This document shows, piece after piece, positions 1 to 7,289 of a DNA stretch of 14,522 nucleotides; within the stretch, counting starts at the first letter, position 1; every line of letters starts with the position of its first letter. The stretch is from the UHGV virus genome UHGV-0155659; one strand, given 5' to 3'. The DNA comes from a virus. Under the pieces are notes generated by a model. The model made no database searches. It was not told the origin of the DNA and saw only the letters and a list, made by a program, of their open reading frames with translations. Both the position numbers and the translations under genes were made by a program.

Positions 1-1
1 T

Positions 2-127
2 GCCCGGATGATTCTTACCTCTACTGAGTTTATGGCTAATGCGCCGGAAGGCGATTTTGACCGCTCATTCTCTGATGGCGTTCTCGAAGATATCGCCGCC
101 CAGCTTCGCAAAGGAGGCAACCAGTGA
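2..127 (+). CDS. 3' end of an upstream gene running in from the left edge (partial, unknown function)
   Basis: Frame is open from the window edge to TGA at 125-127 (ends ...AAQLRKGGNQ*). The stop overlaps the GTG start of the next gene (GTGA), a coupling arrangement typical of phage operons. No function can be inferred from 41 residues. Confidence 0.35.
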   Translation, partial: ARMILTSTEFMANAPEGDFDRSFSDGVLEDIAAQLRKGGNQ

Positions 128-645
128 GCAAGATTGATTATCAAAAGCTTCGTGAAATCGCTGAAAAAACAAAAATTGCTGGTGAAGCACCTGTAATGCC
201 TTTCGATCAGCGAATTAATGCGCTTAACGATTTTATGAAGCACTTTTCGCCAGATATCGCGCTGGCATTGTTGGATGAACGGGAAAGAAACCTGCAATAC
301 ATCAAAAGCCGCGACCAGGAGAACGAGGATATTGCGCTAACGGTAGGGAAGCTGCGCGTTGAGCTGGAAGCCGCAGAGAAGCGCATTGCAGAACTGGAAA
401 GCAACGAAGTCCGTGAAGTCGGAAATCAGTTTCTTGTTGTTCGCCATCCTGGGAAAACTCCTGTCATCAAGCACTGCACTGGTGACCTGGAAGAGTTTCT
501 GCGGAAGTTAATCGAACAAGACCCGTTAGTAACTATCGGCATCATTACGCATCGCTATTACGGGATTGGCGGTCAATGGGTTCAGGATGCAGTTGAGTAT
601 CTGCATATGATGTCTGACGCTGGCATTCGCATCAAAGGAGAGTGA
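124..645 (+). CDS. Ead/Ea22-like prophage accessory protein
   Basis: 173-aa ORF with AAGGAGG RBS at 111-117 and GTG start. N-terminus MSKIDYQKLREIAEK... followed by a coiled-coil-like segment resembles, from memory, the Ead/Ea22-like family common in enterobacterial lambdoid prophages. Not verified by search. Confidence 0.7.
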   Translation: MSKIDYQKLREIAEKTKIAGEAPVMPFDQRINALNDFMKHFSPDIALALLDERERNLQYIKSRDQENEDIALTVGKLRVELEAAEKRIAELESNEVREVGNQFLVVRHPGKTPVIKHCTGDLEEFLRKLIEQDPLVTIGIITHRYYGIGGQWVQDAVEYLHMMSDAGIRIKGE

Positions 646-646
646 T

Positions 647-856
647 ATGGCTATCGCTGCAAGTTACACCATGCATCTCTATTGTGACTGCCGCCAGTGT
701 ACGGAAGGTGTATATCCAGTGCCAGACTTCGGTGAGTATATCGGTAGGTCATGGTCTGGTTGTGCAAAAGAGGCCCGTAAAGACGGGTGGCGAATAAGCG
801 CCGACAAAACGCGTGCTTTTGCGCCCGGGCATAAAGTTTTGAGGATTAACAAATGA
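647..856 (+). CDS. small Cys-containing hypothetical protein (69 aa)
   Basis: AAAGGAG RBS at 633-639 and ATG at 647. Stop overlaps the next start (ATGA at 853-856). Contains a CxC...C..C arrangement (YCDCRQCTEG...GC), suggesting possible metal binding. Function unknown. Confidence 0.5.
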   Translation: MAIAASYTMHLYCDCRQCTEGVYPVPDFGEYIGRSWSGCAKEARKDGWRISADKTRAFAPGHKVLRINK

Positions 857-1389
857 CCACTATAACCGATAAGAAACAGTATCCCAGCGAGCAATATCTT
901 AATGAGCTGATCACCAACATAGAGTTTGCTGCAAGGGCACCAGTTGAAGTCGTGAGAGCGATGGCAGCAGAGCTACAGAAGCGGCGCGAAGCTGATAGTG
1001 CAGAACCTGCAAGTAATCATGAAGAGTTGCCGCTTGATTATCTCCAAGGTCAAAAAGATGGTCTTGAATGGGCTGCGCAGCTTGCAGAAGCAAATCACCC
1101 ACAAACTGGCGACTGGCTTTACGATGACCCGCTGGAGCTGGCTAAAGCTATCAGAAAAGGTCCTGACATGCCCGAATTCGATGGACCAACTCCGGTAACT
1201 CCGGATGGTTGGATAAGCTGTAGTGAGCGAATGCCGGATAATAATCACGACGTACTTTTCTTCGATGTGTGGGGTTATATCCGGATGGGCTGGTTCAGTG
1301 CGGACGATCGTTCGTGGTTTACGTCGGATGATGGGTGCCGCATGGAGGTAACCCACTGGATGCCGCTACCAGAACCGCCCCAGGGGTGA
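853..1389 (+). CDS. DUF551-type prophage protein
   Basis: 178-aa ORF with GAGGA RBS at 841-845. The C-terminal segment WISCSERMPDNNHDVLFFD...VTHWMPLPEPP matches my recollection of the DUF551 signature found in enterobacterial prophage early regions. Confidence 0.75.
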   Translation: MTTITDKKQYPSEQYLNELITNIEFAARAPVEVVRAMAAELQKRREADSAEPASNHEELPLDYLQGQKDGLEWAAQLAEANHPQTGDWLYDDPLELAKAIRKGPDMPEFDGPTPVTPDGWISCSERMPDNNHDVLFFDVWGYIRMGWFSADDRSWFTSDDGCRMEVTHWMPLPEPPQG

Positions 1390-1455
1390 AATGATGCTTG
1401 GCCTGAAGTATTTTATGTAATTGGTATTGCTATATTTTTATCTGGGGATAAACGA

Positions 1456-1698
1456 ATGTTCTCTCTGATTCAACGTGGTCAGATATACACCGATAGCGCC
1501 GGCTATCCAGTAAAAATCATTCGTAGTACTGATCACTCAGTGTTCTTCAAGAGGATGGATGGCTATCCTGGAAGGGTGTGCATCAGAAAATTCAATAATT
1601 TATTCGAACACATTGATCACAGAGAATATCACCAGATCCTGGCTGAAACAGAACAGGAGAACCATCTGAAAAAATTACGTGCCATGCAAAGGAGATAA
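1456..1698 (+). CDS. small hypothetical phage protein (80 aa)
   Basis: ORF preceded by an AT-rich intergenic region (1390-1455) and a GGGGA RBS-like element. No recognisable catalytic motif. Confidence 0.55.
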   Translation: MFSLIQRGQIYTDSAGYPVKIIRSTDHSVFFKRMDGYPGRVCIRKFNNLFEHIDHREYHQILAETEQENHLKKLRAMQRR

Positions 1699-1733
1699 AC
1701 CGGTAAAGGTGTTCGCGATAAAGGTAAATATTG

Positions 1734-2072
1734 ATGGCTAAATCAGCAGCAGAGCGCAAAGCCGCTCAGAGAGCCAGACAAGCTGCATCTGGTGTGCGTA
1801 AGCTGGAAATTGTGCTTGATGCTCAGGAAATTGAAATGCTGGAGCGTAACTGTGCCACGCGTCGCCCCGGGCGTGCGCCTTACGAATTTGGTGAGTATAT
1901 AGCGTTACTGATCCGCCAGGATGATGCACGCGTGCGCGGGCGTATAAAATCGATCAGCAGAAAACGTTGCGGTAAGTGCGGCGGGAGAGTTCCAGTTAAT
2001 TCATGCCCGTGTAATGGTGACTCGCAATGCTGGGTGACTAAAGGCTGGCATGAAACGAAATTAATAGTGTGA
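1734..2072 (+). CDS. basic, Cys-rich small protein; candidate DNA-binding regulator
   Basis: ATG at 1734 (the ORF track starts at TTG 1731). Lys/Arg-rich N-terminus (ERKAAQRARQAASGVRK) and a C-terminal Cys cluster (CGKCGG...CPCNGDSQC) resembling a zinc ribbon. It is the last gene before the terminator and late operon. The regulator role is inference only. Confidence 0.55.
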   Translation: MAKSAAERKAAQRARQAASGVRKLEIVLDAQEIEMLERNCATRRPGRAPYEFGEYIALLIRQDDARVRGRIKSISRKRCGKCGGRVPVNSCPCNGDSQCWVTKGWHETKLIV

Positions 2073-2080
2073 CATGTCAC
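2069..2080. promoter_or_regulatory. 12-bp perfect palindrome GTGACATGTCAC (candidate operator or protein-binding site)
   Basis: Read directly from the sequence. It overlaps the stop codon of the 1734-2072 gene at the start of the 118-bp intergenic region upstream of the terminase operon. Confidence 0.3.
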
Positions 2081-2121
2081 GAGTAGATTATGCATGATGA
2101 ATTTGATGGGTTTTGAATACT

Positions 2122-2147
2122 GCCGCCAACTATGGCGGCTTTATTTT
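2122..2147 (+). terminator. rho-independent terminator upstream of the late operon
   Basis: GC-rich hairpin GCCGCCA / ACTA loop / TGGCGGC followed directly by TTTATTTT. Lies between the regulator-like gene and the small terminase start. Confidence 0.6.
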
Positions 2148-2154
2148 GCATGGT

Positions 2155-2183
2155 ACTATTACCACAACGGTAACTATTACCAC
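2155..2183 (+). repeat. two direct copies of ACTATTACCAC spaced 18 bp apart, just upstream of terS
   Basis: Exact 11-bp direct repeat at 2155-2165 and 2173-2183. It sits between the terminator and the terS start codon and could be a protein-binding site (late activator or terminase recognition). Function is speculative. Confidence 0.3.
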
Positions 2184-2190
2184 GGTGGTT

Positions 2191-2787
2191 ATGATGCCTG
2201 CTGAACCTAAAACCTATAAACGCAAATCAACGCAATTTAAGCCACTAACAGCAATGCAGGAGGCTTATTGCCAGTCATACATCAAAACGCCTGAAAACCA
2301 GACTCAGGCAGCGATTAACGCAGGATTCTCCCCAAATACAGCGGCAGTTAAAGCCAGTGTCATGATGCGCGATGAACGCATTCAAAAACGGATTGCCGAG
2401 CTGATGGAGGAGCGCAACAAACGAATGCGCGTCAGTGCCGATTACGTTCTTATGCGCCTGGTGGAGATCGACCAGATGGATGTGATCGACATCCTCAACG
2501 ACGATGGGAGCCTTAAGCCAATCCGCGAGTGGCCGAAAATCTGGCGCACTACGCTTAGTGGCTTTGATCTGTCATCGACCATCATGAACATGAACGAGGA
2601 TTCGATAGAGACAATCCTCAAAAAAATTAAATGGCCTGACAAGGTGAAGAACCTTGAGCTGATTGGTAAGCATGTTGATGTCAACGCGTTCAAAGAACGT
2701 CTGGATGTTAATGTGAATGTGACAATTGCTGATCGCATAGCAGCAGCCAGGAAGCGACTCAAAGAACGTCAGGATGGTAATCAGTGA
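2191..2787 (+). CDS. terS: terminase small subunit (Terminase_2/HTH type)
   Basis: N-terminal segment TAMQEAYCQSYIKTPENQTQAAINAGFSPNTAAVKASVMMRDERIQKRIAEL is typical of the HTH-containing small terminase family. It sits immediately upstream of the large terminase with overlapping stop/start (GTGA). Start moved to ATG 2191 because the TTG-2113 ORF would include the terminator hairpin. Confidence 0.8.
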   Translation: MMPAEPKTYKRKSTQFKPLTAMQEAYCQSYIKTPENQTQAAINAGFSPNTAAVKASVMMRDERIQKRIAELMEERNKRMRVSADYVLMRLVEIDQMDVIDILNDDGSLKPIREWPKIWRTTLSGFDLSSTIMNMNEDSIETILKKIKWPDKVKNLELIGKHVDVNAFKERLDVNVNVTIADRIAAARKRLKERQDGNQ

Positions 2788-5246
2788 CAGATACAGCGTT
2801 ATCTCCTGAAGAGCAGTTGATCGAGGATATTGCAGGGTTCACTCACGATCCGCTTGGCTATGCCCTCTATGCGTTCCCGTGGGGGGAAGAGGGGACTGAA
2901 CTGGCACATGCCACCGGCCCACGTCAGTGGCAGGCTGATGCGTTCCGAGAGATACGTGATCACCTGCAGAATCCAGAGACGCGCTATCAGCCGCTTATGC
3001 TGGCACGCGCTTCTGGTCACGGTATTGGTAAATCCGCATTCATCTCAATGCTGATCAACTGGGGCATGTCCACTTGCGAGGATTGTAAGGTCGTGGTGAC
3101 CGCCAACACCGACAACCAGCTACGAACGAAGACCTGGCCGGAAATTATCAAGTGGTCGAACCTTGCTATCACGAAAGACTGGTTTGCCTGTACCGCTACC
3201 GCGATGTACAGCAATGATCCTGGGCACGACAAGCGGTGGCGAGCTGACGCAATCCCCTGGTCTGAGCACAACACTGAGGCATTCGCCGGACTACACAACG
3301 AGCGCAAACGCATCATCGTGGTATTCGATGAAGCGTCGAACATTGCGGATCTGGTGTGGGAAGTTGCTGAGGGTGCGCTTACGGACGAAGACACTGAGAT
3401 TATCTGGGTGGCGTTCGGAAACCCTACTCGTAACACCGGGCGTTTCCGCGAATGTTTCCGCAAATATAAACACCGCTGGAAAACTGCGCAGATTGACAGC
3501 CGGACGGTGGAAGGCACTAACAAACAGCAGTTGCAGAAATGGGTTGATGACTACGGGGAAGATAGCGACTTCGTTAAAATCCGTGTGCGCGGCATATTCC
3601 CTGATGCATCTGAATTGCAGTTTATCCCTACCGGTCTTACTGATGAGGCAATGAAACGGGTGGTAACCGCTGCGCAGGTGGCGCATGCTCCGGTGATAAT
3701 CGGTGTTGACCCGGCATATTCAGGCGTTGATGACGCGGTGATATACCTGCGGCAGGGGCTACACAGTAAGGTGCTGTGGACTGGCAACAAGACTACCGAC
3801 GATCTGATTATGGCGAAGCGTATCGCTGACTTTGAAGACCAGTATCAGGCTGACGCAGTGTTCATCGACTTCGGTTACGGAACCGGTTTGAAGTCAATCG
3901 GTGATGGCTGGGGACGTACATGGCAACTTGTTCCGTTCGGCGGTGCGTCCACTGACCCGCAGATGCTCAACAAGCGTGGGGAGATGTTCAACTCATGCAA
4001 GACATGGCTGAGGCTGGGCGGGATGCTGGATGACCAGGAAACAGCGGACGACCTGTCGGCGGCAGAGTATAAAGTTCGAGTGGACGGTAAAATCGTTATC
4101 GAACCGAAGGAAGATATCAAGGAGCGGCTTGGGCGTTCTCCTGGTAAAGGCGATGCGCTACTGCTGACGTTTGCTTTCCCTGTGTCAAAGCGTCTGCGAA
4201 TTCCCGGGTACCCGAACATTGACCGCGATACATCGAAGCTGGATAGCAAGAACAAGCCATTCAAATCGGTTTATTACGAGGTTGGTGGCGATAACGACAA
4301 GTTGTTGCGTGAGTCCGGATTCGATGAGTTTCCAATTATGGCTCCGCGCTGGGAAGTTAACGGCGAAGATGTTTATGGATCATCATGCCCGGGTATGCTG
4401 GCGCTTGGACCTGTTAAGGCATTGCAGCTTCTCCAGAAGCGCAAGTCGCAGTTGATTGATAAAGCCACCAATCCGCCGATGGTTGCTCCTACTTCCCTCA
4501 AGAATCAGCGCGCCTCCCTTCTTCCTGGCGACATCACGTATATCGATCAGATTACTGGTCAGGATGGCTTCAGGCCTGCTTATCTGGTTAACCCCAGTAC
4601 AGCAGATTTGGTGGCAGATATTCAGGACACTCGTCAAATCATTAACAGCGCCTACTTTGTCGATCTGTTCATGATGTTGCAGAACATCAATACCCGCTCG
4701 ATGCCTGTTGAAGCGGTGATCGAAATGAAAGAAGAAAAACTTCTGATGTTGGGGCCGGTTCTGGAGCGTCTGAACGACGAATGTCTTAATCCTCTCATTG
4801 ACCGTGCTTTCTCGATGATGGTGCGTAAAAACATGCTGCCTCCACCGCCAGATGTGATGGAAGGTATGCCACTGAAGGTCGAATACATTTCCGTCATGGC
4901 TCAGGCACGGAAGTCTATCGGCCTGTCCAGTCTGGCGTCTACGGTCAACTTCATTGGTCAACTTGCGCAAGCGAAACCAGAAGCTCTCGACAAACTCAAC
5001 GTTGATCAGGCGATCGATGCATTCGCTGATATGTCCGGAGTGTCTCCAACCGTCATTGTTCCGCAGGAACAGGTTGAGCATGCTCGCCAGCAACGGGCAC
5101 AGCAACAACAGCAGCAACAAATGATGGCGATGGGGATGGCGGCGGCACAGGGTGCCAAGACGCTAAGCGAAGCTAAAACTTCGGATCCGAGTGTTTTGTC
5201 TGCTATGGCGAATGCAGTTAGTGGTCAGGGTGGGCAATCACAATGA
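2784..5246 (+). CDS. large terminase (ATPase + nuclease) fused in frame to a T7 gp8-like portal C-terminal region
   Basis: The N-terminal ~470 aa carry a Walker A (ASGHGIGKS), a Walker B (IIVVFDEAS) and RNaseH-like nuclease motifs (VIIGVDPAYSGVDD; GKGDALLLTFAF), resembling T7 gp19-type TerL. The C-terminal ~350 aa align by eye with the C-terminal two-thirds of the T7 gp8 portal, including the Gln/Met-rich tail QQQQQQQMMAMGMAAAQGA. No stop codon separates the two parts. AGGATGG RBS precedes the GTG start. Confidence 0.8.
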   Translation: MTDTALSPEEQLIEDIAGFTHDPLGYALYAFPWGEEGTELAHATGPRQWQADAFREIRDHLQNPETRYQPLMLARASGHGIGKSAFISMLINWGMSTCEDCKVVVTANTDNQLRTKTWPEIIKWSNLAITKDWFACTATAMYSNDPGHDKRWRADAIPWSEHNTEAFAGLHNERKRIIVVFDEASNIADLVWEVAEGALTDEDTEIIWVAFGNPTRNTGRFRECFRKYKHRWKTAQIDSRTVEGTNKQQLQKWVDDYGEDSDFVKIRVRGIFPDASELQFIPTGLTDEAMKRVVTAAQVAHAPVIIGVDPAYSGVDDAVIYLRQGLHSKVLWTGNKTTDDLIMAKRIADFEDQYQADAVFIDFGYGTGLKSIGDGWGRTWQLVPFGGASTDPQMLNKRGEMFNSCKTWLRLGGMLDDQETADDLSAAEYKVRVDGKIVIEPKEDIKERLGRSPGKGDALLLTFAFPVSKRLRIPGYPNIDRDTSKLDSKNKPFKSVYYEVGGDNDKLLRESGFDEFPIMAPRWEVNGEDVYGSSCPGMLALGPVKALQLLQKRKSQLIDKATNPPMVAPTSLKNQRASLLPGDITYIDQITGQDGFRPAYLVNPSTADLVADIQDTRQIINSAYFVDLFMMLQNINTRSMPVEAVIEMKEEKLLMLGPVLERLNDECLNPLIDRAFSMMVRKNMLPPPPDVMEGMPLKVEYISVMAQARKSIGLSSLASTVNFIGQLAQAKPEALDKLNVDQAIDAFADMSGVSPTVIVPQEQVEHARQQRAQQQQQQQMMAMGMAAAQGAKTLSEAKTSDPSVLSAMANAVSGQGGQSQ

Positions 5247-5539
5247 CAGATTACGAAGACGATCAACTGAAAGAAGAAAACGCCAGTAAGCAACGTGACA
5301 TGGCACAGCGTGAAATTGATGACATTCGCTTTGTCATGAGCAGTGAACAGGGGCGTCGCGTTGTCTGGTCTGTGCTGGAGAAAGGCCGGGTGTTTTCCGC
5401 TATCTCACCGATGGACGCTATGGCAATGGCATTTAATGAGGGGCAACGCAATCTGGCGCTGGAACTGTTTCAGCGCGTTATGGCGCATTGCCCTGAACAG
5501 TATTTGAAGATGGCCAAAGAGGCCAGTGAACAGGAGTGA
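5243..5539 (+). CDS. small acidic protein between portal and scaffold (unknown function, probable head-assembly role)
   Basis: 98-aa ORF coupled on both sides (ATGA overlap at 5243-5246; stop 5537-5539 three bases before the scaffold ATG). No recognisable motif. Confidence 0.55.
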   Translation: MTDYEDDQLKEENASKQRDMAQREIDDIRFVMSSEQGRRVVWSVLEKGRVFSAISPMDAMAMAFNEGQRNLALELFQRVMAHCPEQYLKMAKEASEQE

Positions 5540-5541
5540 TC

Positions 5542-6237
5542 ATGAATTTATTTGAGCGTTTGCTGTATCGCCGTCTTTGCAATGAGCAACCAGTCGATGG
5601 TGGAGCAGCTCCGGCTGCGTCAGAACCGTCAGCGCCTGCAGGTGATACCCCTGCTCCAGTTGGTGATCCATCACAACAGGAAGGTGATAAGCCACAACCT
5701 GTTGCTGATGGCGATAAACCTGCTGATGACAAAAAGCCTGAAAACGATAAGCAGGATGAAAAAAAGGGCGGCGATAAACCAGAGGGTGCGCCTGAGAAGT
5801 ACGAGTTTCAGGCTGCCGAAGGCGTAGATCTGGATACAGAAGCGTTGAAGGAATTCGAGCCGGTGGCGCGAGAACTTAACCTGACCAACGAGCAAGCGCA
5901 AAAGCTGGTTGATGCTTATCCGAAGATTCTGGCAGGTGTTCAGCAGCGCCAGGCAGAAGCCTGGCAGAAAACAACCGAGCAGTGGGCTGCGGATGTAAAA
6001 GCTGACAAAGAAATCGGTGGCGACAAGTTGATTTCTAACCTTAGCGTCGCACAGCGTGCGCTTGACCAGTTCGGGACACCTGAACTCAAAGAATATCTGA
6101 ACACCACCGGGCTGGGTAATCACCCTGATCTGGTCAAAACGTTCGTGAAAATCGGAAAGGCGATGTCTGAAGATGGCATGGTCACCGGTGGTAATGAAGG
6201 CCAGCGTAGTGCGGCCGAAGTGCTCTATGGCAAATAA
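5542..6237 (+). CDS. capsid scaffolding protein (putative)
   Basis: AGGAG RBS at 5532-5536 and ATG at 5542. Has a low-complexity acidic Pro/Ala/Asp/Lys-rich N-terminal half and lies between the portal and the major capsid gene, as the T7 gp9 scaffold does. Call is by position and composition. Confidence 0.6.
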   Translation: MNLFERLLYRRLCNEQPVDGGAAPAASEPSAPAGDTPAPVGDPSQQEGDKPQPVADGDKPADDKKPENDKQDEKKGGDKPEGAPEKYEFQAAEGVDLDTEALKEFEPVARELNLTNEQAQKLVDAYPKILAGVQQRQAEAWQKTTEQWAADVKADKEIGGDKLISNLSVAQRALDQFGTPELKEYLNTTGLGNHPDLVKTFVKIGKAMSEDGMVTGGNEGQRSAAEVLYGK

Positions 6238-6245
6238 GAGAGGAA

Positions 6246-7238
6246 ATGACAATGGCTGTTAAAGGCTTAACTGCGCTAACGCTGGCTGACTGGGGTAAGC
6301 GCGTCGATCCAAACGGGAAAGTCGATAAGATTATCGAGCTTCTCGGTCAAACTAACCCGATCCTTCAGGATATGCCTTTTGTCGAAGGGAACCTTCCTAC
6401 CGGACACCGAACCACCATTCGTTCTGGTTTACCTTCAGCTACCTGGCGTTTGCTGAACTATGGCGTACAGCCAAGCAAATCAACCACAGTGCAGGTAACC
6501 GATTCCGTTGGCATGCTGGAAACCTATGCTGAAGTCGATAAGTCACTGGCTGATCTGAACGGCAACACCGCCGAATTCCGCCTGTCTGAAGACCGCGCAT
6601 TTATTGAAGCGATGAATCAGCAGATGGCGCAGACGCTGTTTTATGGTGATTCCAGCGTTAACCCTCAGCAGTTTATGGGACTGTCCTCCCGCTATTCCAG
6701 CCTGTCTGCGGGTAATGCTCAGAACATCATTGATGCTGGTGGCACGGGTACAGATAACACCTCAATCTGGTTAGTGGTGTGGGGCGAAAACACCGTGCAT
6801 GGCATCTTCCCGAAAGGGCAGAAGGCTGGCATCCAGATGGAAGATAAAGGCCAGGTGACACTGGAAGATGCTAATGGCGGCAAGTACGAAGGCTATCGCA
6901 CCCATTACAAATGGGATAACGGACTTGCTCTGCGTGACTGGCGTTATGTTGTTCGCATTGCAAACATCGATGTCAGCAATCTTTCAGAACCTTCCTCTGC
7001 CGCAAATATTGCGAAGTTGATGGTTAAAGCACTGCATCGAATTCCAAACCGTGGCATGGGTCGCCCGGTGTTCTACATGAACCGCACTGTAGGCCAGGCT
7101 CTTGATCTGCAATCTCTGGAGAAAACATCTCTGGCGATCAGCGTAAAAGAGACAGAAGGCGAGTGGTGGACGTCATTCCGTGGTGTACCAATCCGTGAAA
7201 CTGATGCGCTTCTGGAAACAGAAGCCCGCGTGGTGTAA
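6246..7238 (+). CDS. major capsid protein
   Basis: 330-aa ORF directly after the scaffold gene, followed by a stem-loop. Size and position fit an HK97-fold major capsid protein in a portal-scaffold-capsid arrangement. The start could alternatively be ATG 6252. Confidence 0.75.
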   Translation: MTMAVKGLTALTLADWGKRVDPNGKVDKIIELLGQTNPILQDMPFVEGNLPTGHRTTIRSGLPSATWRLLNYGVQPSKSTTVQVTDSVGMLETYAEVDKSLADLNGNTAEFRLSEDRAFIEAMNQQMAQTLFYGDSSVNPQQFMGLSSRYSSLSAGNAQNIIDAGGTGTDNTSIWLVVWGENTVHGIFPKGQKAGIQMEDKGQVTLEDANGGKYEGYRTHYKWDNGLALRDWRYVVRIANIDVSNLSEPSSAANIAKLMVKALHRIPNRGMGRPVFYMNRTVGQALDLQSLEKTSLAISVKETEGEWWTSFRGVPIRETDALLETEARVV

Positions 7239-7254
7239 CGCCTGTTATTAACCT

Positions 7255-7274
7255 GTGGGTCGTAACAGACCCAC
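7255..7274 (+). other. stem-loop between the major capsid and next gene (possible RNA processing/stability element)
   Basis: 7-bp stem GTGGGTC / GACCCAC with a 6-nt loop, not followed by a U-tract, so not a classical intrinsic terminator. Confidence 0.3.
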
Positions 7275-7289
7275 TAATGGAGAAAGAAG

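Noticed and set aside
1390-1455. Sigma70 promoter in the AT-rich gap upstream of the 80-aa gene
   Set aside because: -35-like and -10-like hexamers (TTGGTA, TATATT) are present but with unworkable spacing. I could not find a convincing pair, so no promoter is called.
2113-2190. TTG-initiated N-terminal extension of the small terminase ORF as given in the ORF track
   Set aside because: The extension contains a strong hairpin plus U-tract terminator (2122-2147), and a better RBS-ATG pair lies at 2184-2193. The real start is most likely ATG 2191 or 2194.
3163-3654. 163-aa alternative-frame + strand ORF inside the terminase gene
   Set aside because: It overlaps the Walker B/nuclease-coding part of TerL in another frame and its translation is Ser/Thr/Leu-rich and low-complexity. 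Most likely a chance ORF.
4383-5120. 245-aa ORF on the minus strand, with similar antisense ORFs at 3017..3523, 5671..6252, 8791..9495 and 12586..13203
   Set aside because: All lie entirely inside long, motif-supported + strand genes, have no obvious RBS and show biased or odd composition. They are most likely chance open frames on the opposite strand of coding DNA.
5092-5125. CAG/CAA trinucleotide run encoding poly-Gln
   Set aside because: It encodes the Gln/Met-rich C-terminal tail characteristic of T7 gp8-type portals, so it is a protein feature rather than a microsatellite or repeat element.
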